Shown here: positions 1-8,644 of the stretch, piece after piece
Layout of the letters: each line of letters begins with the position of its first letter
How positions within the stretch are numbered: position 1 is the first letter of the stretch
DNA from: Deltaproteobacteria bacterium
GTDB lineage: Bacteria; Myxococcota; UBA727; JABDBI01
Reading direction: 5' to 3'
Length of the DNA stretch: 45,610 nt
Assembly (NCBI GenBank): GCA_016764955.1
Contig: JAESQZ010000056.1
Location: forward strand, 1-45,610
Program-made: the position numbers and the translations under genes
Notes under the pieces: model-generated
Told to the model about the DNA's origin: nothing
The model's input: only the letters and a program-made list of their open reading frames with translations
Databases searched by the model: none

Positions 1-337
1 ATATTGCTTTCTCTTCCGTAATAATCTGCGTATTGACGCCAGAAACGTAAAGATAAATTGGATCCTTAAGCTTATTCCAGATTTTACCAATGCTAAGATG
101 AGCTGCTGGGTGATTCACGCCAACAAGCTTCTTTTTGTATTTTTTAGATCTAGCTTTGTCCATGTGTGAACAGTGTTTTAGTTGAATCCCTTCAGTAGAA
201 TACATATCTAATTTTAGACAATACCTTTTCTTTTGTTGTTCTAGAGGGCATTTACTACAGATTTTCTTTCTGTATTGTTTATTGTATGCTCTAAGTAATT
301 GTTGAATATGAGTTCCTGATTCAAACCAATCAATCAT
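1..337 (-). CDS. hypothetical Cys/His-rich protein, 3' end cut by window start
   Basis: ATG at 337-335 on the minus strand, open for 112 codons to position 1 (MIDWFESGTHIQQLLRAYNKQYRKKICSKCPLEQQKKRYCLKLDMYSTEGIQLKHCSH...). Missing from the ORF track because it has no stop inside the window. Lies 46 nt downstream of terL on the same strand. Confidence 0.45.
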   Translation of the reverse strand, partial: MIDWFESGTHIQQLLRAYNKQYRKKICSKCPLEQQKKRYCLKLDMYSTEGIQLKHCSHMDKARSKKYKKKLVGVNHPAAHLSIGKIWNKLKDPIYLYVSGVNTQIITEEKAI

Positions 338-383
338 TCTTTCATGAATGAATTTGTTAGGTTTTATCGAAGTGATTGAAATA

Positions 384-2186
384 TTATTCTTCATCTTCAA
401 TTCCCCCTCCAACGTGTCCAACTGCTTTTCCTTGAGATATCATCCAGGCTATTCTTGCAAAGTTAGCAGCTTGTAGAGCATCGTCTGGAGTTCTCTTTTG
501 ATCCTCAATGAAATATCTTCTGTATGGTCTTCTTGCAGTCCCAATATTGATTAGTTCTACTTGCTCATTTGTGAACTGATCAATAATCCATTCTATCTTA
601 GAGTAATCAGCTCCAGGTAGTATGATCCTTGGAGTGAGTTGTCCGTTATTATCAAAGGGGATTGTTACTAGATTTTTGATTGCATCAATGGAATAGGTTC
701 TGTCAATTTCATATTTGTTATCTTGACGATATTTTATCATCTCTTTGATGTTTGGTCGTGGTCTTTCAGGCCTTGTAAGATAAACTAGTCTCAAACATCT
801 AGGTCCAAAGTATTTCATTAGAGATTCTACTTGATGAGTTCCTCCTCCTGAATCTACTACAGATTGAGTAGCTCCATAAGCATCAATGATATTTCTTACG
901 ATTTGATATTGTTCATCTGAAGTTTTTCCTGCTAGTTTAGCTGCAAATAGTAATCTAAACACTGGACCTTGATTATTGATACATTGCCAAACCCATACTA
1001 CAGTTTTGGGTCCTCCTCCCCAATCTGCTCCAACAAATACATCACCTAGAGAATGATCAACGTCTTGAGATGCAACAAAAGATAGATTCTTGTCTACTAG
1101 CTTTAGCATTATTTCTTCAGTGAATGGCATCTCATCTCCCTGAACCATTAAAGCTAGATTGTTTCTTGCAAATTCTAGAGGATCATAGTAGGGGTCTTTT
1201 TTGATTTGCCATTCAATGCTCCACTCTGGATTTACTTTGTAGTCCTCAATAGCTGATAGTATGGTAATTGGAATTCTAGGATTTTGTATTTGATCCAAAT
1301 GGTATCCATGTCTGTAAAAGTTCTTTGGAGCTGCTGCAACAAAATCTCCATCTAGTACATCTAATAGATAATCATCTTCAATTAATCCTTCATCATTAAA
1401 CTCCAATCCATCTCTCCAGGAGTTGTTTGAGTATCCCATAAAATTTTCTCCACGTCTAAATTTATACTCCATTTGATTTGTTGTCTGCCATAATTTATCA
1501 TATTTTGAACTCTTGAATCCCCCTACTCCTCCAATGAGTGTATCCCCCATTGTATCAGCTTGAGTTTGTCGTGCATTGTTGAATCCAGTCCAGTCTTCAT
1601 CTTGGCCTTCATCAATTACTATTCTCATCAATGATTTTCCTTGAGCATTTGACCAATTCTCTCCAGGTAACATCATGTCAATGATTGATTGAGTCTTCTT
1701 TATGATGACTCGATTCTGAGATCCTAGTCTGCTTATTCCAGCTACATGTTTTGATAGAGGTTCATGACCAAATATGTCCTGCCTGAATTTTGTTTCAGTA
1801 AATGTTTTGAGGTTTGCATCTTTGAAGTTGAAATAAGTTTGATCATAGTTGTTTCTAGTAGTAGCTCTGTATGCAAGCTCTGTTCCCATTGTAGTAGTCT
1901 TTCCCCATTGTCTAGCCCATAGTAGAAACTTGAATGGATGATCATCTTTTACAACTTTGAGTAGCATTGGCCTGAGTCGTAATCTGTTTTTGATTCCTTT
2001 GATTGCTCCTCTGCAGTATAGTTCCCACTCTACTCTATCTGTAGGTAATTCAGGTAAATCTTCAATGGTTCTTTGTGAATCAATTAGTAGAGCTCTTTCA
2101 GTTGTAGCAGTGAGTCTAGCTTCATCTAGTCTTTCATCATAACTTAGAGGTGCTGATTCTTTTAGGATGCTATCTTTAGATCTCAA
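384..2186 (-). CDS. terL: terminase large subunit
   Basis: 600 aa. Walker A-like WARQWGKTT and Walker B-like IVIDEGQD, plus C-terminal nuclease-type acidic motifs VGADWGGG and VVDSGGG. A small-subunit candidate lies directly upstream. Confidence 0.9.
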   Translation of the reverse strand: MRSKDSILKESAPLSYDERLDEARLTATTERALLIDSQRTIEDLPELPTDRVEWELYCRGAIKGIKNRLRLRPMLLKVVKDDHPFKFLLWARQWGKTTTMGTELAYRATTRNNYDQTYFNFKDANLKTFTETKFRQDIFGHEPLSKHVAGISRLGSQNRVIIKKTQSIIDMMLPGENWSNAQGKSLMRIVIDEGQDEDWTGFNNARQTQADTMGDTLIGGVGGFKSSKYDKLWQTTNQMEYKFRRGENFMGYSNNSWRDGLEFNDEGLIEDDYLLDVLDGDFVAAAPKNFYRHGYHLDQIQNPRIPITILSAIEDYKVNPEWSIEWQIKKDPYYDPLEFARNNLALMVQGDEMPFTEEIMLKLVDKNLSFVASQDVDHSLGDVFVGADWGGGPKTVVWVWQCINNQGPVFRLLFAAKLAGKTSDEQYQIVRNIIDAYGATQSVVDSGGGTHQVESLMKYFGPRCLRLVYLTRPERPRPNIKEMIKYRQDNKYEIDRTYSIDAIKNLVTIPFDNNGQLTPRIILPGADYSKIEWIIDQFTNEQVELINIGTARRPYRRYFIEDQKRTPDDALQAANFARIAWMISQGKAVGHVGGGIEDEE

Positions 2187-2187
2187 T

Positions 2188-2661
2188 TTATTGTTCCTGT
2201 GGAATTAGTGTAAGAATTCGGGGGTTTTGTTTTTCTTGTTCTGCTAGTTTGACTGCATCTCTGTAAACGTATTGAGCGGCTTCATCAAATGCTGAGAGGT
2301 ATGGGATTATTTCTTTGATTTCTTTTAGTATTCTAGCTGAGGCAATTGATTTAGTATCATCATCTTTAATTTTATCATACTGTTTCCATAGTTCATCTTT
2401 GATGTGTTCTAGTTCGTGTAGTCTATCTAGATGTCTTTCAGTTAGAGTTTTGGCTATCTCGTAGAGTCTGCTTGTAACTTCAGCAGATAGTTTTCCTCTT
2501 ACTCTCCAGTAAGTTGATTCAGAGATTGTCTCTCCAGTCTGTTCCTTTACAAATTCTAGTGATTTTGTAATACCAAACTTTCTGATCTTAGTCCAGATTA
2601 CAGCATATTCACTGTCATTTAGTGTCATATTTCTTACATAGCTTGACAGTGATTCTGCCAA
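2188..2661 (-). CDS. terminase small subunit candidate
   Basis: 157 aa, ending 1 nt before the terL start. Helical and charged, with a possible N-terminal HTH. The call is positional only. The track start is TTG; an in-frame ATG lies at 2628. Confidence 0.4.
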   Translation of the reverse strand: MAESLSSYVRNMTLNDSEYAVIWTKIRKFGITKSLEFVKEQTGETISESTYWRVRGKLSAEVTSRLYEIAKTLTERHLDRLHELEHIKDELWKQYDKIKDDDTKSIASARILKEIKEIIPYLSAFDEAAQYVYRDAVKLAEQEKQNPRILTLIPQEQ

Positions 2662-2681
2662 TAATGAATTATTTGGAACTA

Positions 2682-2888
2682 TTACTCACGATCGCTTGAG
2701 TCATGTCTATCCATTCTTTTGATATTGGCATCTCTTTGCATGTCTATCTCAAAGAGTGCTTCACTGAATGAGTTTTGTTCTTCTTCAGTTAGGTTCTGAG
2801 GTTTGAATAGAGATAATGCCTCTACTAGATTCCAGATTTGTTTTGTTATTTCTTGCATGTAGTGTGTTTTAATTTCATCATATAACAC
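2682..2888 (-). CDS. hypothetical protein
   Basis: 68-aa ORF on the coding strand with acidic, helical composition. Confidence 0.5.
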   Translation of the reverse strand: MLYDEIKTHYMQEITKQIWNLVEALSLFKPQNLTEEEQNSFSEALFEIDMQRDANIKRMDRHDSSDRE

Positions 2889-2920
2889 CTGGTCTTGTAG
2901 GCCAAACTAGAGTTTTAATA

Positions 2921-3085
2921 TTAAAATTTCTTCCATGTGATACCAAACCAATATCTGCAGTCTATACAGCATCTGTATTTTATTGTCTTTAGTGGCATCC
3001 TAGTTAGTTCATCCTCGTATACTTCCTCTCTACATGTGCTACAGATTGCTAACTTTCTCTTTTCTCTTCTTCTTGTTCTCCCCAC
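2921..3085 (-). CDS. small zinc-ribbon protein (below track cutoff)
   Basis: GTG start, 54 aa: MGRTRRREKRKLAICSTCREEVYEDELTRMPLKTIKYRCCIDCRYWFGITWKKF, with CxxC...CxxC. It fills an otherwise 240-nt gap. I checked the frame codon by codon. Confidence 0.35.
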   Translation of the reverse strand: MGRTRRREKRKLAICSTCREEVYEDELTRMPLKTIKYRCCIDCRYWFGITWKKF

Positions 3086-3128
3086 ATGGAGATTGTAATG
3101 GTTATTTGCAAAGGGAAGTTATTGAATA

Positions 3129-3323
3129 TTAGATTCTAGGTTTACTCTCATGTTTTCTTCTTCTAGCTTCAGCTCCTCTAGGAAGATTACTAACTATGAT
3201 TCTACAGCAAGGACAAATTCTCCCATCCCATTTGATGAATAATGAACAGGTTCTGCAAAAGGGATTTCCAATAAAGTATCGTTGTTTACCTTTGTAGTTT
3301 TTACAAATTCCTTTACAGGTCAT
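3129..3323 (-). CDS. zinc-ribbon protein
   Basis: 64 aa with CxxxC, CxxC and CPCC clusters and a basic C-terminus. Confidence 0.6.
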   Translation of the reverse strand: MTCKGICKNYKGKQRYFIGNPFCRTCSLFIKWDGRICPCCRIIVSNLPRGAEARRRKHESKPRI

Positions 3324-3325
3324 GA

Positions 3326-3592
3326 TTAGAACCTCAAAGCTTGTTTGTAGAATGATTTGTAATGAGTAAAGGTTTCACTTGTTATGAATTCTCTTATCCA
3401 CTGATAGATAGGATTCTGATAGTATCTATTCATGGCTCTCAAAACAGGACTATCATAATTTTCTTTTACCCATAGTTTAGCTGCAATTCTAGTTGATTCA
3501 TAAGATCTATATTTTGATGGTCTGCATCCGCAAGTTCTTTCCCCTCTAATTTGTTCAAAATCCTTTTTGCATGTAATACATTTGATTATCAT
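3326..3592 (-). CDS. hypothetical Cys-rich protein
   Basis: 88 aa with N-terminal CxxC...CGC. TAATG overlap with the upstream gene at 3592. Confidence 0.6.
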   Translation of the reverse strand: MIIKCITCKKDFEQIRGERTCGCRPSKYRSYESTRIAAKLWVKENYDSPVLRAMNRYYQNPIYQWIREFITSETFTHYKSFYKQALRF

Positions 3593-3867
3593 TAAGCATC
3601 AATTATTTTTCCATCTCTAATGAAGTAATGAGACTTGCATGGAAGAGAGAAACTCCCTATTGATGGAGTTAATGTTGGCTTACCTTCATCCATTATCAGA
3701 GTCCAGTTCATGTGATTTAGTGGTGTTACTACTCTTTCTCCACAGCCACAAACACAGAGATGAGTTGCTGTATTGTATTCTTTAGAGATGTATAGTATTT
3801 CTTCCTCTATTCTATCAGGGATGAATGTGACAAAACAAGCTGTGATTGATTTTAGGAGTGAAGCCAT
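3592..3867 (-). CDS. small CxxC...CxxH zinc protein, paralog 1 of 3
   Basis: 91 aa with CVCGCGE ... TLTPSIGSFSLPCKSHYFIRDGKIIDA. The C-terminal motif is shared with 4142..4420. The architecture reminds me of DUF6527, from memory and not verified. Confidence 0.6.
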   Translation of the reverse strand: MASLLKSITACFVTFIPDRIEEEILYISKEYNTATHLCVCGCGERVVTPLNHMNWTLIMDEGKPTLTPSIGSFSLPCKSHYFIRDGKIIDA

Positions 3868-4190
3868 ATCTCTCCTTTAACAGTTCTAAGTAATCCTGTT
3901 GGTAGTTGTTTGTATTCTACCTCCCAAATGTATTCACTGTGATATCCACAAACAAATGACTTGAAGCTGGGATGCAACTCTAGAGTATTATTTTTGATAA
4001 TCTTGAATCCCCAAATACAGCTTGCATCAGGTGAAGGCTTTCCCTCTCCCTCTTCTGCTCTTATTCCATGTGTCTCTTTGCAATAGGGACAAACAAACCT
4101 AATGAATGTATATTTTTCATAGGTTGCAAGTGTAGCTTTAATCAAGCTGGAATAATTACTCCATCTGTAATGAAATAGTGTTCTTTGCAA
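3852..4190 (-). CDS. small CxxC...CxxH zinc protein, divergent paralog 2 of 3
   Basis: 112 aa with CPYCKETHG ... LELHPSFKSFVCGYHSEYIW, the same ligand order as its neighbours. It overlaps both neighbours, so the start is uncertain. Confidence 0.5.
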   Translation of the reverse strand: MQRTLFHYRWSNYSSLIKATLATYEKYTFIRFVCPYCKETHGIRAEEGEGKPSPDASCIWGFKIIKNNTLELHPSFKSFVCGYHSEYIWEVEYKQLPTGLLRTVKGEIWLHS

Positions 4191-4420
4191 GAGTCTCTAG
4201 GACATAAAATTGATGGAAAAATTGTTACTACTCCATCTTTTATCTCAACCTTGTCATGATCTCCTAGATTAGCTACAATTCCACACTTGTAACAGTTGAG
4301 AAAGAATCTGGAATGAGGTTTAGATGGATTGAATGGTGAACTTATCTCATAAAGTATTGATTCCCCTATAGATTTTTTGCAAATATCATTTTCAGGATGA
4401 TGAATAAATTTTACTTCCAT
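4142..4420 (-). CDS. small CxxC...CxxH zinc protein, paralog 3 of 3
   Basis: 92 aa with CYKCG ... TIFPSILCPRDSCKEHYFITDGVIIPA, which aligns with the C-terminus of 3592..3867. Confidence 0.6.
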   Translation of the reverse strand: MEVKFIHHPENDICKKSIGESILYEISSPFNPSKPHSRFFLNCYKCGIVANLGDHDKVEIKDGVVTIFPSILCPRDSCKEHYFITDGVIIPA

Positions 4421-4424
4421 TATT

Positions 4425-4796
4425 TTATGAATGAATTGATACTCCAGATACTGAATAGTTCTCTGAAACTGTTTTGATATTTCTATGTGTGTTGCAGTAT
4501 TTTCTTATGATAAATGATCCAATTCTTGTATAGGTGTCAGTGGATTCTTTGCAGTCTTTGATTTCACATTTGATTAATTCTCCATCTCCGAATTTGCCTG
4601 CATCTAAAACTAGTTGAGTATCCATGATGAATTTTTTGTAACATTGCTCAGCTTCTTCTTTGGATTTATGTTTGTGAGTTTTGTTAGTATCACTGTAACT
4701 AGAGGAGCAATATCCAATAGGCCAAATGGATTCATCATTTTGTCTAGAGTAATTCCAAGAACCGTCTTTTACTTGCCTAGCTTGATCATAATTCAA
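4425..4796 (-). CDS. hypothetical Cys/His-rich protein
   Basis: 123-aa ORF on the coding strand with C-terminal CEIKDC...CNTH. Confidence 0.6.
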   Translation of the reverse strand: MNYDQARQVKDGSWNYSRQNDESIWPIGYCSSSYSDTNKTHKHKSKEEAEQCYKKFIMDTQLVLDAGKFGDGELIKCEIKDCKESTDTYTRIGSFIIRKYCNTHRNIKTVSENYSVSGVSIHS

Positions 4797-4830
4797 TGAG
4801 ATGATTTAGAATTATTCATTATAGAGAACT

Positions 4831-4962
4831 TTAGGTAGAGATTTCATCAATGTCTTTTCCTGCTGCCTCATCAGAATAGTCTTTAGCATTTGCTCTTCTT
4901 ACTAGCTTGATTCCATCATTAGTTAATTTCATGACGTATGGACCATCAATGAAGAGGAGCAT
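4831..4962 (-). CDS. micro-ORF, 43 aa
   Basis: ATG at 4962, TAA at 4831-4833: MLLFIDGPYVMKLTNDGIKLVRRANAKDYSDEAAGKDIDEIST. It fills the gap between annotated ORFs. Confidence 0.3.
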   Translation of the reverse strand: MLLFIDGPYVMKLTNDGIKLVRRANAKDYSDEAAGKDIDEIST

Positions 4963-4969
4963 GATTAAA

Positions 4970-5176
4970 CTAGTAGTCTAAATCTAGAGTTTCTTGTCCT
5001 CCAATCTTTGCGATTAGTGGAGCTAGTTTTTGAATAATTGTTAGTAGATTTTCTTCACTGCCTTTAGCAGAGATAGATAGATTGAATTTTGTTGATTGGT
5101 CTATTAGGATATCATCTTTGTCTTTCTTTTGTCCAGAGCCTCTAGATATTTTGTAATTCCATTCTACATTACCCAT
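4970..5176 (-). CDS. hypothetical protein
   Basis: 68-aa ORF on the coding strand. Confidence 0.5.
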   Translation of the reverse strand: MGNVEWNYKISRGSGQKKDKDDILIDQSTKFNLSISAKGSEENLLTIIQKLAPLIAKIGGQETLDLDY

Positions 5177-5208
5177 GTATTTTATCAGAGTTTACAGTAA
5201 TAGAGAAG

Positions 5209-5415
5209 TTATGTCATTGATTGAGAAGTTTTTCTTCTGATAGTTACTCCATCAACATCTACAGCTCCTGGAGATTCAATTACAGTATGCCATTTGTGAT
5301 CATGAGGTAACAGCTTGTTTAGTTCTTTGAGTTTTGCATTAGTTGGAGATACATTAGTTAGAGCTCCCCATTTCAATCCTGAAATCTTTGGCATGATATC
5401 ATTGATGTCTTTCAT
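5209..5415 (-). CDS. hypothetical protein
   Basis: 68-aa ORF on the coding strand, preceded by a 115-nt intergenic region. Confidence 0.55.
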   Translation of the reverse strand: MKDINDIMPKISGLKWGALTNVSPTNAKLKELNKLLPHDHKWHTVIESPGAVDVDGVTIRRKTSQSMT

Positions 5416-5449
5416 GATTGTAATTTTTTTAATCCATTGAAAAGAAGTT

Positions 5450-5460
5450 GCCTAGATATG
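5450..5460 (+). promoter_or_regulatory. GCCTAGATATG motif, copy in inverted orientation
   Basis: Plus strand reads ttGCCTAGATATG, sharing a 13-mer with the copy at 8640-8652 read on the minus strand. A hairpin follows directly: cccttg(5461-5466) / caaggg(5477-5482). Confidence 0.5.
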
Positions 5461-5530
5461 CCCTTGCCATTACTGACAAGGGAATACCTGAGTTTGTAAG
5501 AAACTGTAATTTCATTAATCATCACTAGTT

Positions 5531-7036
5531 TTAGTGAATTACCTTGAAAAGATATTTTTTTGAGAAAACTACAGGAGTTTCACATCTTGGACATTTACAG
5601 GGAATAGCTCCTGCATCAAATATTTCTTTCATGTCTGTGTAACGATTGTAATCATCAAGGAATTGTTGTTTTTCTTTTTCAGTTTGTGATTCATTAGACT
5701 CAGCTTGCTTTGATGTAATCTTTTCAAGTTTCTTGAATTCTTTTTCAAATGTAGAAATCATTACTTTAACTACATCATCGTAAAATGGAAATGCACAAGC
5801 TGGACTGATGCATTTACTTGCAAACTTTGATTCAGAGGTATAATCACATTGCATACAAAATGTTATCAAAACTCCATGTCTTACATCTCGATAAGTTCTA
5901 AATGAACCGCATCCCTCACATCTCAATCCATAATATCCAATTGAGATAGCATCATCTCTGTTTGGAGGTTCAAGAATTGGTAAGAGATTTTTCATTTTTC
6001 TCTCCATTACTTTCATGGTTTGTTTTGATGTCATTGTGTCAAGATCCTTTTGAGCCTTGATTGTAAGATTTGCTTGTTTAACTTTGAACTCTTCAGGTTT
6101 GAGTTTGGCTTTGATTTCCTTGTATGCTTTTGATTTAGGATCAAGCTTGTTTAGGGTTCTCATTAATTTTTTTATTTCAGGTTGAACAGCTTCAATTATT
6201 TTGTATTGTTTTTCAAATAATTTTTTTGCTTCCTGCCATCTGTTAGCTCCAAAGTCTTTGATTCTATTAACGTAAATTCCTGCAGCGAAATTATCAGTTC
6301 CTTCAATGTGTGCAGCTAGTAGTAAATGCTGAAGCATTTTAGGACATGAAACTCTATCATCAAAGAGGTCCCCTGTAATGTCAATAATGGCATTAGCTTT
6401 GAGATAAGTTTCCTTTACTATCTTTTGATCATCTTCAGAAAGTAATGCAAGAAAATGTGATGTTCTTAACTTATTTTTTATTGATTGTTTAATCTTGATT
6501 TCTTTATCAATTAGATCAATGAGAATTTTATTTTCTTCTTCAGGTTTTGTATTTAAAGAACTATCTTCACGACGGTAAACGTCGTCTAGTTTATTGTCTT
6601 CCTTGTTAGAATAATGATGACCAATCTTGTATTTATGTGGTAGTGTTTCATGCACCCATGTCATTTGTGTTACAACTCCAATTGATTTCATTTCATTTTT
6701 GATGTGAGATGAGATTAATCCAATTTCTTTAATGGTTGGTTGTAGTTTGTTTTCAAGTTCTAGCTCGTGTTGTGATTCTAGTAATTCAGCCCACGTAAGA
6801 AAGATATTTCTTTTTGGGGATTTTGATAATAATACTGCAGCAGTTGTAGGAGATAGTAGTTCCTTTTTGAGTAAGATGATTCTGAGTTGTAGTAAGTTCA
6901 TTTGTTGTTTTACATTTTTTTCCTCTACAGATTCTAGTTGAATAATAAATTTCTCTAGTGTTTCTTTAGTTAGTTCTTCAATCTCTTCACTTGATAAAGT
7001 ATCAAGATCAGAGAGCTTTATTGGCTCTTGTGACAT
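5531..7036 (-). CDS. large coiled-coil protein with C-terminal zinc ribbons
   Basis: 501 aa and K/E-rich. C-terminal CEGCG...CMQC and CKCPRC pairs. First gene after a 72-nt intergenic region. I recognise no enzymatic motif. Confidence 0.7.
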   Translation of the reverse strand: MSQEPIKLSDLDTLSSEEIEELTKETLEKFIIQLESVEEKNVKQQMNLLQLRIILLKKELLSPTTAAVLLSKSPKRNIFLTWAELLESQHELELENKLQPTIKEIGLISSHIKNEMKSIGVVTQMTWVHETLPHKYKIGHHYSNKEDNKLDDVYRREDSSLNTKPEEENKILIDLIDKEIKIKQSIKNKLRTSHFLALLSEDDQKIVKETYLKANAIIDITGDLFDDRVSCPKMLQHLLLAAHIEGTDNFAAGIYVNRIKDFGANRWQEAKKLFEKQYKIIEAVQPEIKKLMRTLNKLDPKSKAYKEIKAKLKPEEFKVKQANLTIKAQKDLDTMTSKQTMKVMERKMKNLLPILEPPNRDDAISIGYYGLRCEGCGSFRTYRDVRHGVLITFCMQCDYTSESKFASKCISPACAFPFYDDVVKVMISTFEKEFKKLEKITSKQAESNESQTEKEKQQFLDDYNRYTDMKEIFDAGAIPCKCPRCETPVVFSKKYLFKVIH

Positions 7037-7044
7037 ATCTAGGC
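7034..7044 (-). promoter_or_regulatory. GCCTAGATATG motif containing the start codon of 5531..7036
   Basis: Minus strand reads atGCCTAGATATGtca. The ATG is the ORF start. Confidence 0.55.
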
Positions 7045-7108
7045 ATTGATACTATGAATGTCATTTAGAAAACACATACAAAAACAATAAAGTTGACTAA
7101 AGCAGTAG

Positions 7109-7297
7109 CTACTTTTTGAGCTGTTTCATCATTTTTGAAACTGCTTTTCTTTCCACAGGTTTTCTCCAATATTTTGAATTACAGTGAGAGCATGTGCTTT
7201 GTTCTACAGTCTTTCCAGTCTTTGAGTCAAGTGAAGGATAGAAATCCTTCTTGCATCTAAAACAATGAAGAGGAGAAATTTTTAATTCCTTTTTCAT
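7109..7297 (-). CDS. zinc-ribbon protein
   Basis: The track start at 7369 lies inside the upstream gene. An in-frame ATG at 7297 forms a TGATG overlap with the upstream stop. 62 aa: MKKELKISPLHCFRCKK...CSHCNSKYW. Confidence 0.6.
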   Translation of the reverse strand: MKKELKISPLHCFRCKKDFYPSLDSKTGKTVEQSTCSHCNSKYWRKPVERKAVSKMMKQLKK

Positions 7298-7857
7298 CAC
7301 GATAGGTTTTTGCCTCCGCAAGTTATACATTTCTTCCCCTTGAAAGTTGCTCCAGGACCACACTTGCAAGCTCCAATTAGAACTCCTGCAGTTCCTTTTA
7401 GATCTTTGACTTCTTCTTTATTCAAGGATTCCATGAAGGTTAGCAGTTCTAATTCTGGAATTTGTTTTCTCCAGGCGTTTCTCTCTGCTTTTGAGTGAGC
7501 TTTGCGTTGTCCAAATGGATCATAGATTCCTTTCTCATCAAAGTAGGGACATTCAGATAATCCTTCAGTCTCTAGGCCTGTTTTTTGGTTTCTTACTTTG
7601 ATGTGAGCTCTCCAGAACCACATTGTAGTATCTTTTGGATCATCTTTTTCTAAATTTACTTCTGAATGGATTGTTTCTAATGGCTGCTCTTTTTGTGACA
7701 TCTTCAAAGTAATAGCTTTGAGGCCAATGAAAGTTAATTCCATTTTTCCTTGAGATGTTTTGTATGCCATTTTCTTTTTGAGTTCTTCAGATAGTCCAGC
7801 TATTTGTTGCTCATCCATTGAATCCATGATAGAGAATTCAGATTTTTCAATAGACAT
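7297..7857 (-). CDS. hypothetical protein with C-terminal zinc ribbon; weak resemblance to Rad52-type annealases
   Basis: 186 aa. A beta-rich core (TMWFWRAHIKVRNQKTGLETEG) is followed by the helix RKAHSKAERNAWRKQIP and by CKCG...CITCGG. The annealase idea rests on pattern only. Confidence 0.6.
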   Translation of the reverse strand: MSIEKSEFSIMDSMDEQQIAGLSEELKKKMAYKTSQGKMELTFIGLKAITLKMSQKEQPLETIHSEVNLEKDDPKDTTMWFWRAHIKVRNQKTGLETEGLSECPYFDEKGIYDPFGQRKAHSKAERNAWRKQIPELELLTFMESLNKEEVKDLKGTAGVLIGACKCGPGATFKGKKCITCGGKNLS

Positions 7858-7973
7858 TAGGATTTATCCTCGTCAGTGTTCAGGAGTAAATCTTTGTTTA
7901 CATAGTCCTGGGTGTGTTCAATTGCTATCTCATCAAAAATCATTGAGAGAATTTTGTTTTCTTTGAAAGACAT
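7857..7973 (-). CDS. micro-ORF, 38 aa
   Basis: MSFKENKILSMIFDEIAIEHTQDYVNKDLLLNTDEDKS, with TAATG overlaps at both ends (7857 and 7973). Confidence 0.45.
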   Translation of the reverse strand: MSFKENKILSMIFDEIAIEHTQDYVNKDLLLNTDEDKS

Positions 7974-8116
7974 TATTTCAATACCTTCCTTAGAGTTTCA
8001 TTCACCACTTTGGAATAGCTGTATGATGTTTGATATTGTGTGATTTGTTTTGCTTGTTGCAGTCTAAGCATCTTGTCCAAATCATCATCTATCATGATTG
8101 TTATTCTTTTGGACAT
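7973..8116 (-). CDS. ribbon-helix-helix (CopG/Arc-like) DNA-binding protein, 47 aa
   Basis: MSKRITIMIDDDLDKMLRLQQAKQITQYQTSYSYSKVVNETLRKVLK. The pattern is N-terminal strand KRITIMIDDDL followed by two helices. TAATG overlaps at both ends. Confidence 0.55.
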   Translation of the reverse strand: MSKRITIMIDDDLDKMLRLQQAKQITQYQTSYSYSKVVNETLRKVLK

Positions 8117-8214
8117 TATTGATTTATCTCCGCAAAATGCACTACACAAAATATCTTACCATCAAAATCAGCAAGGTCTTTTGTGCTTCCACATCTATAA
8201 CATTCATAGGACAT
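8116..8214 (-). CDS. micro zinc-ribbon ORF, 32 aa
   Basis: MSYECYRCGSTKDLADFDGKIFCVVHFAEINQ, with TAATG overlaps at both ends. Confidence 0.45.
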   Translation of the reverse strand: MSYECYRCGSTKDLADFDGKIFCVVHFAEINQ

Positions 8215-8321
8215 TAAATTTTTCTCCCCTCATAGTATGTGAAAACATGTGCATCTTGACTCTCAAAATTGAGTTGTTGATGTAAGTTTTGGAGAATTCC
8301 AAAGAAAGATTTCTTTGTCAT
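8214..8321 (-). CDS. micro-ORF, 35 aa
   Basis: MTKKSFFGILQNLHQQLNFESQDAHVFTYYEGRKI. TGATG overlap with 8321..8644 and TAATG overlap downstream. Confidence 0.4.
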   Translation of the reverse strand: MTKKSFFGILQNLHQQLNFESQDAHVFTYYEGRKI

Positions 8322-8644
8322 CAGTTAATCCCCATCTCTCTAACAATTAGTTCTACTAATTGTTCAGCGTAGATGTCTGTGTGTCTGTCTTCTGCTTTTA
8401 ATGGATCATCATCTGTGTAAAAGTTCACGTTGTATGTGTCCATTTCTGTTACTGTTACCAAAATGCCTTTGAATTTGCTTGGGTTTTTTGGTAGTTTCAA
8501 GTATAATGCAGTTGTTGAAAATATACTTGGTTTGATTCCACTGTATGCAAAGAAAGGGAATCCGTTGACTTTACTTGCTTGGAGTTGTGAAAAAATCTCT
8601 TCAGCTTTGTAATTGTCTTTTGTTTGTATGCTTTGTGTTTTCAT
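8321..8644 (-). CDS. hypothetical protein, first gene of an operon
   Basis: 107-aa ORF whose ATG sits inside the GCCTAGATATG motif. Confidence 0.65.
   Translation of the reverse strand: MKTQSIQTKDNYKAEEIFSQLQASKVNGFPFFAYSGIKPSIFSTTALYLKLPKNPSKFKGILVTVTEMDTYNVNFYTDDDPLKAEDRHTDIYAEQLVELIVREMGIN

Noticed and set aside
1742-1945. Same-strand internal ORFs out of frame within larger genes (1742..1945 in terL, 25765..26031, 33802..33996, 43003..43200).
   Set aside because: Each is fully nested in an alternative frame of a well-supported gene, with no independent start context or coupling signal.
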